A DNA stretch of 64,000 nt from Elusimicrobiota bacterium (GTDB lineage: Bacteria; Elusimicrobiota; Elusimicrobia; UBA1565; UBA9628), in contig JACRDQ010000020.1 of NCBI GenBank assembly GCA_016218545.1, positions 34,455 to 98,454 on the forward strand, written 5' to 3'. This document shows positions 17,849 through 28,074 of the stretch, piece after piece. Each line of letters opens with the position of its first letter. Within the stretch, counting starts at the first letter, position 1. The translations under genes and the position numbers were made by a program. Under the pieces are notes generated by a model, which worked only from the letters and a program-made list of their open reading frames with translations, was not told the origin of the DNA and ran no database searches.

Positions 17849-19183
17849 ATGAGCACGACGACCATGGACAAGACCGCCGCCAAGAAGGACTACAAGGTCA
17901 AGGACCTGAGCCTCGCGGAGTGGGGCCGCAAGGAGATCGAGATCGCGGAGAAGGAGATGCCCGGTCTCATGACCCTGCGCAAGGAATACGCGGGCAAGAA
18001 GCCCCTGGCCGGCGCCCGCATCGCGGGCTGCCTCCACATGACCACCGAGACCGCGGTCCTCATCGAGACGCTGACCGCCCTCGGCGCGGAGGTCCGCTGG
18101 TCCTCCTGCAACATCTATTCGACCCAGAACGAGGCCGCCGCGGCCATCGCGGCCGCGGGCGTCCCGGTCTTCGCCTGGAAGGGCGAGACCCTCGAGGAGT
18201 ACGACTGGTGCATCGAGCAGACTTTGCGCTGGCCGGACGGCAAGCCCTTGAACCTCATCCTCGACGACGGCGGGGACCTCACCAACATCGTCCATGACAA
18301 GTACCCCGAGCTCTTGAAGGGCATCGCGGGCCTGAGCGAGGAGACCACCACGGGCGTGCACCGGCTCTACCAGCGCCAGCAGAAGGGCACCCTGGGCGTG
18401 CCGGCCATCAACGTCAACGACTCCTGCACCAAGTCCAAGTTCGACAACCTCTACGGCTGCCGCGAGTCCCTGCTCGACGGCATCAAGCGCGCGACCGGCG
18501 TCATGGTCGCGGGCAAGGTCGCGGTGGTAGCCGGCTACGGCGACGTGGGCAAGGGCTGCGCGCAGTCCCTGCGCGGCCAGGGCGCCCGGGTCCTCGTGAC
18601 CGAGATCGACCCCATCATCGCGCTCCAGGCCACCATGGAAGGCTACCAGGTGGTCACCATGGAGGAGGCCGCCCCCATGGGCGACATCTTCGTCACGGCC
18701 ACGGGATGCAAGGACGTGGTCACGCGCAAGCACATGGACGCCATGAAGGACACGGCCATCCTGTGCAACATCGGCCACTTCGACCTCGAGATCGACGTCG
18801 CGTCCATCATGAACGACAAGAAGATCAAGAGGACCACGGTCAAGCCCCTCGTGGACCAGTTCACCTGGCCCAACGGCAAGACCATCACCCTCCTGGCCGA
18901 GGGACGGCTCGTCAACCTCGGCTGCGCCACGGGGCATCCCAGCTTCGTGATGAGCATCTCGTTCACGAACCAGACGCTCGCGCAGCTCGACCTGTGGACC
19001 AGCAAGGACAAGAAGAAATACGAGAAGAAGGTCTACACCCTGCCCAAGACCCTCGACGAGCGAGTGGCGCGCCTGCACCTGCCCAAGCTCGGAGCCAAGC
19101 TCACGACCCTCACCAAGACCCAGGCCGACTACCTGGGCATCCCGGTGGACGGGCCGTACAAGATGGACAGCTACCGGTACTGA
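17849..19183 (+). CDS. ahcY: Adenosylhomocysteinase (S-adenosyl-L-homocysteine hydrolase).
   Basis: Full-length match to the AhcY family, including the NAD-binding [10 protein letters not shown] motif and HFDxEID. GGAGG RBS 7 nt upstream. TATAAT box at about 17811-17816. Confidence 0.95.
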   Translation: MSTTTMDKTAAKKDYKVKDLSLAEWGRKEIEIAEKEMPGLMTLRKEYAGKKPLAGARIAGCLHMTTETAVLIETLTALGAEVRWSSCNIYSTQNEAAAAIAAAGVPVFAWKGETLEEYDWCIEQTLRWPDGKPLNLILDDGGDLTNIVHDKYPELLKGIAGLSEETTTGVHRLYQRQQKGTLGVPAINVNDSCTKSKFDNLYGCRESLLDGIKRATGVMVAGKVAVVAGYGDVGKGCAQSLRGQGARVLVTEIDPIIALQATMEGYQVVTMEEAAPMGDIFVTATGCKDVVTRKHMDAMKDTAILCNIGHFDLEIDVASIMNDKKIKRTTVKPLVDQFTWPNGKTITLLAEGRLVNLGCATGHPSFVMSISFTNQTLAQLDLWTSKDKKKYEKKVYTLPKTLDERVARLHLPKLGAKLTTLTKTQADYLGIPVDGPYKMDSYRY

Positions 19184-19255
19184 ACGTCCTGTTCCGGGGA
19201 AGACGCGAGCATGGGCCGGCGACGGCCCATGCTCTTTTTCCCCCGCCGAGACGGG

Positions 19256-21361
19256 TCAGGCGCGCGCCGGGATGGTGAAGTAGAAGGTCGAGCCCTTCCC
19301 GGGCCGGGACTCGACCCAGATCCGGCCTCCCTGCGCCTCCACGGCCTGCTTGCAGATGGCCAGGCCGAGCCCGTTGCCAGGGAACTCCCCCTTGGGGTGG
19401 AGGCGATGGAAGATGCGGAAGATGCTCTCGAAGTGCCGTGGCTCGATGCCGATGCCGTTGTCCCGCACCGAGAAGACCCAGTCGTCCCCCGTCCTGCGCG
19501 CCGAGACGTGGACGATGGGGGGCCGCTCGCCGCGGAACTTGAGCGCGTTGGCGACCAGATTCTGCAGCACCTGCTGGAGACGGCAGGCGTCAGCCTGGAC
19601 CACGGGCAGCGGGTCATGGGCCACGCGGCCGCGCGATTCGTCGACCTGCGCCTTGAGCCCGGACAGGGCCTCGCTGAGGACTCGCTCGCAGTCGACGGCC
19701 GCGATGCTCCTTTCGAGCGCGCGGGCCCTCGAGAAGGACAGCAGGTCGTCGATGTGCCTCTGCATGGTGGCCGCGCCCTCCACCGTGAACCCGATGAACT
19801 CGTCCGCCTCGGCGTCGAGCCTGCCTCCATAGCGGCGCGCCAGAAGCTGGCTGAAGCTCGTGATCGTCCGCAGCGGCTCCTTGAGATGATGCGATGCGAC
19901 GTAGGCGAACTGCTCGAGTTCCGCGTTGGAGCGCGCCAGCTCCTTGAGCGTCGCGGCGCGTTCCGAGCGCGCGCGCAGGGAGGCGATGCCGAAGGCGAGG
20001 TTCTCGGAGAGCTCCCGCAGCATGGCCACCTCGCCCTCATCGAAGGCGTCGGTCCCGCCCGAGTAGATCGTCAGCGCTCCCAGGACCCTGCCCTCGGCGC
20101 ACAGGGGCAGAGCGACGGCCGAGGCATAGCCGCAGCGCGCGGCCCGCGACCGCCACGGGGCCATGCGCGGGTCGCGGACGAGGTCGCGGCAGAGGTCCAC
20201 CGCCTTCGTCCGGATCGCCGTCCCCTCCGGGCCGCGGCCGCGCTCATCATCGGCCCAGGTGATATCCGCCTCCTTCAGGAAGCCGTCGTCGCAGCCGGCG
20301 CTGGAGACGGGGCGCACGGTCTTGCGCTCGTCGTCGACGGGGTAGCCGACCCAGGCCAGGCGGTGGCCGGCGACGGAGACGATGGTGCCGCAGACGCTCT
20401 CGAGCAGGGCCGGCTCGTCGATGGCGCGCACGACCGCCTCGTTGCATCGTCCCAAGGCCTCGAGCGCCCGTGAGGACCTCTTGAGCGCGGCGGTGCGCTG
20501 CGCGACCTCTCGCCGCAGGAGCACCAGCCAGAGGCCGGCGAGGAGGACGACCGCGAGCGCGAGCCCCGCGGCGGGAAGGAGGTGCTTCTCGAGCTTGCGC
20601 CAGGGATCGTCGAAGCTCAGCCATCGGCCGTAGATGCGGTCGTACTCGCCGTTCGTATTGACGATGAGGAGACCCTCGTTGAGTCTCTCGAGCAGGTCCC
20701 TTCTCCCCTTCTTGACGCCGAAGGCGAAGACGCGCTCATACTCCCTGATAGGCGGTCCGGGCTTGAGGCCCCTGAGGCCGTGCGTCTTGATCGCCATGAC
20801 CCCGATGAGCTTGGAGCCGAGGAAAGCGTCATGCTTGCCGGCCGCGACGAGCGCCAGTCCCTCCGGGATCGTGGCCACGGGCACCAAGCGGCCCCGGAAC
20901 CCGCGCTCCAGAAGCGCGTGATGCGCGGCATCGGAGCGCATGACCACGATCTCGAGGTTCTCGGCTTCCTGGAGGCTGTGGATGGGGGGACGTCCCTTGG
21001 CCACGAAGAAGGCATCGAAGGTCCTGGTATGAGGGACGCTGAATTCCACCAGACTCCGGCGCTCCGGCAGGATGGCGACGATGGGCAGGACGTCGAGCCT
21101 TCCCGCCACGAGCGCGTCCCATTGAGCGTCCCAGGTCCCGGTCGACGACTCGATGTCGAGCCCCATGGTCTCGGCCACCGCCTCGATGAGGTCGATGGAG
21201 TAGCCGACCAGCTTCCCGTCCCGCATGAACGCATAGGGAGGGAACTCGACTTCGCTTCCGACGCGCACCGCCGGCCTGCCGGCAGCGTCAGCCGGCACGC
21301 ATGGCACGACCGAGGCCATCAAGAGCGCCGCCCCCAGGAAGACCGCCCCCCGCCGGACCAT
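19256..21361 (-). CDS. Sensor histidine kinase with periplasmic solute-binding (SBP_bac_3-like) domain, TM helix, GAF domain, HisKA and HATPase_c domains.
   Basis: N-terminal signal peptide and SBP3-like region (YSIDLIEAVAETMGL). TM helix AAGLALAVVLLAGLWLVLL. H-box ASHHLKEPLRTI. C-terminal N, G1 and G2 boxes (NALKF, DNGIGI, GNGLGLAI). Confidence 0.85.
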   Translation of the reverse strand: MVRRGAVFLGAALLMASVVPCVPADAAGRPAVRVGSEVEFPPYAFMRDGKLVGYSIDLIEAVAETMGLDIESSTGTWDAQWDALVAGRLDVLPIVAILPERRSLVEFSVPHTRTFDAFFVAKGRPPIHSLQEAENLEIVVMRSDAAHHALLERGFRGRLVPVATIPEGLALVAAGKHDAFLGSKLIGVMAIKTHGLRGLKPGPPIREYERVFAFGVKKGRRDLLERLNEGLLIVNTNGEYDRIYGRWLSFDDPWRKLEKHLLPAAGLALAVVLLAGLWLVLLRREVAQRTAALKRSSRALEALGRCNEAVVRAIDEPALLESVCGTIVSVAGHRLAWVGYPVDDERKTVRPVSSAGCDDGFLKEADITWADDERGRGPEGTAIRTKAVDLCRDLVRDPRMAPWRSRAARCGYASAVALPLCAEGRVLGALTIYSGGTDAFDEGEVAMLRELSENLAFGIASLRARSERAATLKELARSNAELEQFAYVASHHLKEPLRTITSFSQLLARRYGGRLDAEADEFIGFTVEGAATMQRHIDDLLSFSRARALERSIAAVDCERVLSEALSGLKAQVDESRGRVAHDPLPVVQADACRLQQVLQNLVANALKFRGERPPIVHVSARRTGDDWVFSVRDNGIGIEPRHFESIFRIFHRLHPKGEFPGNGLGLAICKQAVEAQGGRIWVESRPGKGSTFYFTIPARA

Positions 21362-21368
21362 AGCCTAT

Positions 21369-21377
21369 GATATCATG
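21369..21377. promoter_or_regulatory. Palindromic ATGATATCAT box between the divergent histidine kinase and HemN-like genes. Can serve as a -10 on either strand.
   Basis: The motif is its own reverse complement. On the minus strand it sits 8 nt from the kinase ATG. Confidence 0.35.
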
Positions 21378-21445
21378 AGCCGACGGCCCTCAGGGGGCCG
21401 GCGGATAACGCTCCGCCTCCTTTTTTATACCATAGCCACTCGACC

Positions 21446-23767
21446 ATGCCCTCGGACCTCAAGAAGCGCTGGCTGGGAAGCCTGACCCTCGACCGGAGGC
21501 TCGCCGAGGCCGAGCCCGGCTGGGCGCCCCAGGAGAACTTCTTCTACCTCCTCGAGTCCGAGGCCTTGAGCGCCCGGCGGATCGCCGCCTCCTGGCGCCA
21601 GGCCCTAGGGCGGCCGCGCCAGCCCGAGACCTTGAGCCTCTACGTCCATATCCCGTTCTGCGTGCGCAAATGCCGCTATTGCGTCTACTACTCCAAGGGC
21701 GCGGCCTCAACCGCCGAGGTCAAGGCCTATCTCAGGCGCTTCCACGCCGAGATCGACCACTACGCCCCGGTGTTCCGCGGCAGGACCTTCGACGCCTGGT
21801 CCATCGGCGGAGGGACCCCGACCCTGTTGGCGCCCCGCGACCTCTCCAAGGTCCTGACCCGGCTCAAGGCCGCCTTCGTGCCCACGCAGGGTGCGAGCCT
21901 CGAGTTCGAGACCAGCCCCTACACGGCCACGGAGGAGAAGATCGGGGTCTTCAAGGAGCACGGCTTCACCCGCGTCAGCTTCGGAGTGCAGACCTTCGCT
22001 CCGGAGACGCTCCGGGCAGTGCGGCGCGGCTACCAGAAACCGGGACACGTGGAGCGCTGCGTGCGTCTCCTCCAGGCCTCGGGACTGCGCATCAACATGG
22101 ACCTGCTCTACGACCTGCCCGGGTGCGGGCCGGAGCAGACCCTCCAGGACCTCAGGACCGCCATGGCCCTGGGCCCGCACAGCGTCATGATCTACCCGCT
22201 CTCCTCCTCCACCCCCGAGCTCCCCAGCCTCCCGGGCAAGGAAGCGGTTCCCCCGTTCGCCAGGTTCGCCGCTCTCGTGGCCGAGGAAGCCCGCAAAGCC
22301 GGGTACAAGGCCTCCTCGGACTGGTTCAGCATCAGGGTGGACGCCGAAGGCCTCCGGGGCCTTCCCCCTGCCGCGGCCTCAGGCCTGGCTTACGACGACG
22401 TGAGTCCCAGGCCGAGCCACCTCCTGGGCCTTGGTCCGAGCAGCCGCTGCCACATCAGCGGCAGCATGGCCTATTCCCACGACCCCTATCCTCTGGCCGC
22501 GCCCTTCGACCCCTCGGCCCCCATCGCTCGCGGCTGGCGCCTGACCCCTGACCAGGAGATGAGGCTCTACGCGGTCAGGACCCTGTCCCGGACCGGAGAG
22601 CTCAAGACCGCCGGGCTCGAGACTCATTTCGGCCGCGGGTTCATGAAGGGCGTGGGCCGGGAACTCGAGTCCCTGGCCCGGCTCGGAGGCCTGGAACGAC
22701 GCTCGAAGGGTCTCTACCTACGGAAGGAAGGCCGGGACACGCGCTTTGCGCCGGAGCTCTTCCTCCTCGGCGAGGACATCCGCAAGGCCCTGCACGCGGG
22801 TCTCGACCGCAGGAAAGCGCTCAGCCGCGGCCCCGGACTGCCGGACGCAGCCCCCATCCTCAGCCAAGGCATCCGAGCCCTCGCCGCAGGCAGGCGCAGG
22901 GACGCGCTCCGGCTCTTCCGCAAGGCAGCGCGGCTCGACAGCAGCAGGTCCCCGGACCTGGCACGGCTGGCCGCCGGGCTCTCGGAGACCTGGGACCCCG
23001 CGAAAGCCCTCAAGGCTTTTCCCGGCCTGGATGCCAGGCCCCTGACCCGGGCGCTCGACCGCGTCAGGAAGCTCAGAGCCCAAGGCATGGCCGCGCTCGT
23101 CAAAGGAGACCGCGCCAAGGCCCTGCGGCTCTTCCGCCAGGCAGCGGCCTTTGACCGGAAAGGCGCTTGCGACCTTGCCAAGGCAGCCGGCTCATCCCAG
23201 GACCTCTGGGGATTCCTGGCCAGCGTGCCCTGTTCGGCGTCAGGCTCCAGGCTCGACCTCGGACCCGTGAAAGCCGCTCTGGCCAGGTCCGTGCTCTACT
23301 CCAGAAAAGGGCTCTCCTGCCTACTGACCGGCGACCGCAAGGCTGCCAGGAGCCTGTTCGCCAAGGCAGCCGGCATGGACCCGGGCGGCATCGCCAAGAG
23401 GCTCCTCGAGGCCTCTTCCTCGGACTCCAGCCTGGCAGGGCTCTGGGACGCGCTCAAGACCCACCCCCGGGCCAGGCTCCTGGACCTCCAAGAGCTCCGG
23501 CAGGCCCTCTCCTCGGTCAAGCGCTGGAACGACGAAGGCATCCGGGCCTTCAACACGGGATGCCGGAAAGAGGCCCGGGACTTCTTTGCCAAGTCCCTGG
23601 CCATCGACCCCCGCGACCCCTCTGCGCTCATGAGCCTCGGAGCCCTGGCAGCCGCCGAGGGCCGGCGCAGCGAAGCCCTGGCCTACTATGACCGGATCGC
23701 GGTCCGCGACCTGAAAGGGAGACTGGCCGACGACGTGGCGCGAGCCAAGGCAGCCGTCACTCCCTGA
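21446..23767 (+). CDS. HemN/HemW-like radical-SAM protein with about 400-aa C-terminal degenerate repeat (TPR-like) extension.
   Basis: LYVHIPFCVRKCRYCVYYS matches the HemN-family motif. SIGGGTPT is present. The C-terminal half has at least four repeats of the form A-x-RLF-x-KAA-x-D. Confidence 0.7.
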   Translation: MPSDLKKRWLGSLTLDRRLAEAEPGWAPQENFFYLLESEALSARRIAASWRQALGRPRQPETLSLYVHIPFCVRKCRYCVYYSKGAASTAEVKAYLRRFHAEIDHYAPVFRGRTFDAWSIGGGTPTLLAPRDLSKVLTRLKAAFVPTQGASLEFETSPYTATEEKIGVFKEHGFTRVSFGVQTFAPETLRAVRRGYQKPGHVERCVRLLQASGLRINMDLLYDLPGCGPEQTLQDLRTAMALGPHSVMIYPLSSSTPELPSLPGKEAVPPFARFAALVAEEARKAGYKASSDWFSIRVDAEGLRGLPPAAASGLAYDDVSPRPSHLLGLGPSSRCHISGSMAYSHDPYPLAAPFDPSAPIARGWRLTPDQEMRLYAVRTLSRTGELKTAGLETHFGRGFMKGVGRELESLARLGGLERRSKGLYLRKEGRDTRFAPELFLLGEDIRKALHAGLDRRKALSRGPGLPDAAPILSQGIRALAAGRRRDALRLFRKAARLDSSRSPDLARLAAGLSETWDPAKALKAFPGLDARPLTRALDRVRKLRAQGMAALVKGDRAKALRLFRQAAAFDRKGACDLAKAAGSSQDLWGFLASVPCSASGSRLDLGPVKAALARSVLYSRKGLSCLLTGDRKAARSLFAKAAGMDPGGIAKRLLEASSSDSSLAGLWDALKTHPRARLLDLQELRQALSSVKRWNDEGIRAFNTGCRKEARDFFAKSLAIDPRDPSALMSLGALAAAEGRRSEALAYYDRIAVRDLKGRLADDVARAKAAVTP

Positions 23768-24578
23768 CCTTGCGGAGCAGGTCGTCGGGCAGGGTCCCCA
23801 GTCCCCGGACCAGCCTGGCCGCGTCCGCCTCCCCTTTCCTCTTGCTCGCGTGGACGCGGGGGTCCTCCCCCCAGATCCCGGCAGCGGACTTGCCTCGGTC
23901 CGTCACGAGCTCCTCCGCCTTGATCCGGTCCAGGGACACGAGCTCGGGCCTCAGGACCATCATGAGGGAGGTCTCGTACGCCGCCGCATGGTCCGACCAG
24001 GGTTCCCCGGGAAGGAACTCGTAGGTCGCGACACCGTAGGTCAGGCCTTCCACGGTCACGGCCTTGGCCGCCTTCTCCAGGGGAGCCAGTTGCTCCGGCA
24101 CGTCGTGCCCCGCCACGCCCACGATGACCTTGAAGCCCAAGGACGCCAGCCACCGGAAGACGCCGGTGAAGAGCTCCTCCACGGCCCCCTCCGGAGCCCC
24201 GTGATACGTGCCGGTCAGGCTGGCCCCTCCCCTCTGCCAATAGGTGACCGGCAGGACGACTCCGCCGTACTTCCGGGCCGCGGCTTCGCACAGGAGGTGC
24301 GCCTTGAGGCCGTCGACCCCGTAGGGAAGGTGGCGGCCGTGCCATTCCAGGGAGCCGTAGGGCACGTAGGCGACCGGCCTCTCCTTGATGGCCGCCGCAA
24401 GCTCATGCGGCAGGAGCTCCTCGTAGCGGACCTTGCGCTCTCCCCCCTCGGCTCCGGGACAGAGGACCGCCAGCCACAGTCCCAGGATCAAGCTCGTCAT
24501 GGCCATGCCTCCCAGCGGCTCGGGCGCCGCGGCCTTATGATACCAAAGGAGGCCCCGATGCGAAGGGCGCCCAGGCAT
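23757..24578 (-). CDS. Creatininase (creatinine amidohydrolase) family protein.
   Basis: YGSLEWHGRHLPYGVD, AGHD and DHAAAYETS motifs match the creatininase fold metal ligands. Start is uncertain (M1, M25 or M27). The N-terminal segment is hydrophobic. Confidence 0.7.
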   Translation of the reverse strand: MPGRPSHRGLLWYHKAAAPEPLGGMAMTSLILGLWLAVLCPGAEGGERKVRYEELLPHELAAAIKERPVAYVPYGSLEWHGRHLPYGVDGLKAHLLCEAAARKYGGVVLPVTYWQRGGASLTGTYHGAPEGAVEELFTGVFRWLASLGFKVIVGVAGHDVPEQLAPLEKAAKAVTVEGLTYGVATYEFLPGEPWSDHAAAYETSLMMVLRPELVSLDRIKAEELVTDRGKSAAGIWGEDPRVHASKRKGEADAARLVRGLGTLPDDLLRKVRE

Positions 24579-24612
24579 GACCTGGGCGCCCGTGGACCGC
24601 TGGCAGGAGCGT

Positions 24613-27600
24613 CTACCGGATCACTCTGACGCTCTGAGCGGCCGCGCTGGAGAACTCGTCGAGCCGGGCCGCGGCCTTGCGCAGGATCTCGCTGTAGGCC
24701 ACGCCCGTCAGGAGCTCGATGCCCTCGCTGACGTGCTTGACCGAGTAGATCTTGAATTTGCCCTCGGCCACGGCCTTCACCACGGCCTCGTCGAGCTGCA
24801 GGTCCTTGACGTTCGTCGCGGGCACGAGCACGGCGTTGAGGCCGTCGCGGTAGGCCTTGTTGACCATGCCGCTGGCCACGGCGTAGAAGCCCTCGATCTT
24901 GTGGTTGGCCCCGCCGATGGCCTGCACGTTGCCGAACTGGTCGGCCGAGCCGGTCACCGCGAAGCGCTGCTGGATCGGCACGCCCGAGAGGCTCGACAGG
25001 ATCGCGTAGATCTCGGTCGAGGTCGCGGAGTCGCCGTCGATGCCGCCGTAGTTCTGCTCGAAGGAGAGCCGCAGGTGCGCGGACACGGGCTTCTTCTGGC
25101 CGAAGGTGTGCTCGAGGTACCCCTGGATGACGCCCAGCGCCTTGTTGAAGCTCGGACCCGTCTGACCCGCGTCCCGGTCCACGGAGACGATGCCGGGCTG
25201 GCCGGGGGAGCTGACCACCGTGATCCTGGCCGGCACGCCGAAGTCGCCCATGACGGCCAGGCCGTTGATCTGGCCCACGGCCGAGCCCTGGACGTCGACC
25301 CGGAACACGCCCTTCTTGTAGATCTCCTGGATCCGCTCCCGGGAGCCGCCCTGACGGTCGAGCCGGGTGGCCAGCGCGGTCCGGACGTCCTCGCGCGTGA
25401 CGACCTCGTGGCCGGCTTCCTTGGCCCAGAAGGAGGCCTCCCGCATGATGCCGAGCAGGGCCCCGAACTGGGCGGAGAGCCGCTCATTGGAGTCCGCCAG
25501 CCGCGCGGAGTATTCCATGACCGCGCTGATGGCGTCCTTGGTCATGTCGAGCACCTGGCCCGCGCTCATGACGACCATCCTCTTGATGAAGCCGAGCACG
25601 CCCGCCACGGTGTCCTTGGTGATGGCGAGCGCCGACTGGAACTCCACCTTCGAGTTGAAGTTGGTGCTGAAGCTCTCGTCGTTGGACTCGAGCATCATCC
25701 GGATCATGGGCGAGCCGATGACCACGACCTTGACCTTGGCGGGGGTCATGTAGGCCTCGGTGACGCCGCCTTCCGCCGGATTGCCGTCCATGATCATGGC
25801 CTGGCCGCTCGAGAGCGCCCGCTGGAGCATCTGCCACGCGCCCGGAGCCCGCAGGACGTCGAGGGCATGGACCACGAGGAAGCCCCCGTTGGCCTTCTGG
25901 AAGGCGCCGGAGACCAGCGTGGGCCCTCCAGGGCTCTTCTTCTTGACCGCGCCGACGCCGGGGACGATCATGGTCCGGGTCTCGACGCCGCCGAAGAGGC
26001 CCTGGAAGCTGCCGCTCTTGGCGAAGACCACCGGCGCGCCCGAGCCGGGCTCGTTGGTGGAGATGACGTTCACCTTATAACTGTCAGCCGGGTCGGCGGT
26101 CTCCTGGGCGCCGCCGCCGAGCATGGCCATGACTCCGCCGGCCTGGGCCTTGGGCAGGAAGTCCTCGTAGCGCGCCGCGACGTGCCCGATGAGCCTCTCG
26201 ACGTAGTTGAGGGCGCCGATGTCCTCGGGGCCGGCGGGAGCCGCGGGCTTGGAGGCCGCCTCGAGCTCCTTGTTGAGCATCTGGACGAGGATCTTCATCT
26301 TCTCGACGTAGGGCATGACCGTCTTCTTGAGCTCGCCCTGCGCGGCCTTGACCTCGTCCATGGAGATGCCCTTGGCCTCGAGGAGCTCCGGGGTGACCGG
26401 CTGGCCGTCGAGGGTGAGTCCGATCCCGATCTTCATGCTGCCGTCGCCCGCGGGGACGAGCTGCAGCATCACGCCGAACGGGCCGACCTTGACGGTGGCG
26501 ATCTCCTCCTGGAGCTTCGCCTGGGCAGCCTCGAACCGGGCCTTGATCTCAGCCACGGCCTTCTGGTCGATCATCCCTCCGCCCACGACGGCCTGGCGGA
26601 CGGGCTCGCCGAGCTGGTCCGCGACCTGGGCCGCGGCCTTCCCGAGCAGCCGCGCGAGCACGGCCTGCGCCTGCTCCGCGTCGGAGTTGTTCTCCGTCAT
26701 CATCTGCTGGAACTTCTCGACGAACGGGGCGGCCGCCTCCTCGAGCTGGGACTGGACCTCGTCCCACTCCGCCTGGGTGACCTGGCCGGAGGCGATCTTC
26801 TCCTGCATCGACTCCTCGCTCATGGGCTTGCCGTCGAGCGTCGGCGCCACCATGAGGGAGACTCCCTGCTCCGTCTCTTTGAGGCCCATGTAGACGCCGA
26901 ACTTGCCGAGCTTGACCTTGGAGACCTCGGCGTCGAGGGCGGCCTTGCGCTCCGCGACGGCCGCCTTGAGCTTGGCCTCGATCATCTTCTTGGCCTGGGC
27001 AAGCTGGTCGGACTGCGCGAGGCCCGGGAGGACTTCCTTGAACTGCTCGATGAACGAGGCGACCGCGGCCTTGAAGCCGGGGGCCGCCCCGGCCGTGAGC
27101 TTGAGCAGCGCGGGCGCGTCCGGGTTCTGGAGGTTGGTGACGGCCACCAGGTCCCGGGGGGTGGGCATGGTGGGGGCGAGCTTCTCGAGCGCGGACCGGA
27201 CGGCGGTCTCGCGGCCCGAGCCCTCGAGGCCCGAGACGTAGACGTTGTACTTGTCGCCAGGAATCCTCAGGCCGAAGGAGAGGGCCTTGAGCGCCCGATC
27301 CTGGCCCACGATGGCCGCTTCGCCGGCCTTCATGTCCTTGGTGCTCTCGGGCAGCGCTTCTGCGTCAGGGGCCCACCGGAGCTGATCGACCGGGACCTCG
27401 AACTTGGAGGGATCCTGGGGCTGGGCCTTGACCCGGCCCATCTCGGCCTTCTCCGCGAAGCTCTTGCGAAGGGAGTTGGGAAAGAGCCGGACCTTCGAGA
27501 GGGTGCTCCAGATGCCGCCGGACTCGGCTGCGACCGGGACGGACTGGCCCTGGGAGGAGGAGTTCTCGTAGGCCTTGTCGAGGCCGGCTCCGACGTCGCC

Positions 27601-28074
27601 CTTGGGAGCGGCGAGGGCCTTGGCGAAGACCACGAGCTCGTCCCGGGTCTTGCCGGCGGGCAGGGACTCCGCGGCCGCCATGATCTTGGCCGCGTCCGCC
27701 TGGGTGCCGCCCGTGACGTCCACGCCGGAGGCCTGGAGTCTGTTGATCACGTCCACGACAGGGTCGGCCCCCAGAGCGGGAACGACGGCCGGCAGGGCCA
27801 CGTCAGGGGCCGAGACCGAGACCGCCGCGGGGTCGACCGAAGGGGTCAAGGACGCGGACGGGGAGTTGAGGGCGCCGCCCTGCAGGGAAAGGTTGGGGAG
27901 CTCGACGTGGTAGAGGCGGGCCCCGGCCAGGGAGGCCGACCCGGTCACGGGCATGGCTGAGATGCGGGCCGCCGCGATGTTCTGAGCGCTGAGAGGCGCC
28001 CCGCACGCGAGGACCGTGGCCACCGTGATGGCGATGATTCTTGAGGCGATGCCGGCTGCCTTGTTGTTGGACAT
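24613..28074 (-). CDS. LonC-like (Lon family S16) protease with N-terminal signal peptide, degenerate AAA-like domain containing a long coiled-coil insertion, and C-terminal Ser-Lys protease domain.
   Basis: C-terminal region matches the Lon proteolytic domain (GIDGDSATSTEIYAILSSL...ANHKIEGF). IVGQDRALKAL and a VSGLEGSGRETAV degenerate Walker A are present. ATG at 28074 is preceded by a GGGAG RBS. The track's start at 28119 is probably an extension. Confidence 0.7.
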   Translation of the reverse strand: MSNNKAAGIASRIIAITVATVLACGAPLSAQNIAAARISAMPVTGSASLAGARLYHVELPNLSLQGGALNSPSASLTPSVDPAAVSVSAPDVALPAVVPALGADPVVDVINRLQASGVDVTGGTQADAAKIMAAAESLPAGKTRDELVVFAKALAAPKGDVGAGLDKAYENSSSQGQSVPVAAESGGIWSTLSKVRLFPNSLRKSFAEKAEMGRVKAQPQDPSKFEVPVDQLRWAPDAEALPESTKDMKAGEAAIVGQDRALKALSFGLRIPGDKYNVYVSGLEGSGRETAVRSALEKLAPTMPTPRDLVAVTNLQNPDAPALLKLTAGAAPGFKAAVASFIEQFKEVLPGLAQSDQLAQAKKMIEAKLKAAVAERKAALDAEVSKVKLGKFGVYMGLKETEQGVSLMVAPTLDGKPMSEESMQEKIASGQVTQAEWDEVQSQLEEAAAPFVEKFQQMMTENNSDAEQAQAVLARLLGKAAAQVADQLGEPVRQAVVGGGMIDQKAVAEIKARFEAAQAKLQEEIATVKVGPFGVMLQLVPAGDGSMKIGIGLTLDGQPVTPELLEAKGISMDEVKAAQGELKKTVMPYVEKMKILVQMLNKELEAASKPAAPAGPEDIGALNYVERLIGHVAARYEDFLPKAQAGGVMAMLGGGAQETADPADSYKVNVISTNEPGSGAPVVFAKSGSFQGLFGGVETRTMIVPGVGAVKKKSPGGPTLVSGAFQKANGGFLVVHALDVLRAPGAWQMLQRALSSGQAMIMDGNPAEGGVTEAYMTPAKVKVVVIGSPMIRMMLESNDESFSTNFNSKVEFQSALAITKDTVAGVLGFIKRMVVMSAGQVLDMTKDAISAVMEYSARLADSNERLSAQFGALLGIMREASFWAKEAGHEVVTREDVRTALATRLDRQGGSRERIQEIYKKGVFRVDVQGSAVGQINGLAVMGDFGVPARITVVSSPGQPGIVSVDRDAGQTGPSFNKALGVIQGYLEHTFGQKKPVSAHLRLSFEQNYGGIDGDSATSTEIYAILSSLSGVPIQQRFAVTGSADQFGNVQAIGGANHKIEGFYAVASGMVNKAYRDGLNAVLVPATNVKDLQLDEAVVKAVAEGKFKIYSVKHVSEGIELLTGVAYSEILRKAAARLDEFSSAAAQSVRVIR

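Noticed and set aside
17803-17849. Possible SAH riboswitch upstream of ahcY
   Set aside because: Only a 46-nt spacer containing a TATAAT box and SD. Too short for the SAH riboswitch fold.
16388-19078. 896-aa minus-strand ORF
   Set aside because: Overlaps the unmistakable ahcY and C45 genes on the opposite strand. Composition is artefactual.
24577-27960. 1127-aa plus-strand ORF
   Set aside because: Antisense to the LonC-like gene, which has a clear protease domain. The Gly/Asp/Leu-rich translation lacks motifs.
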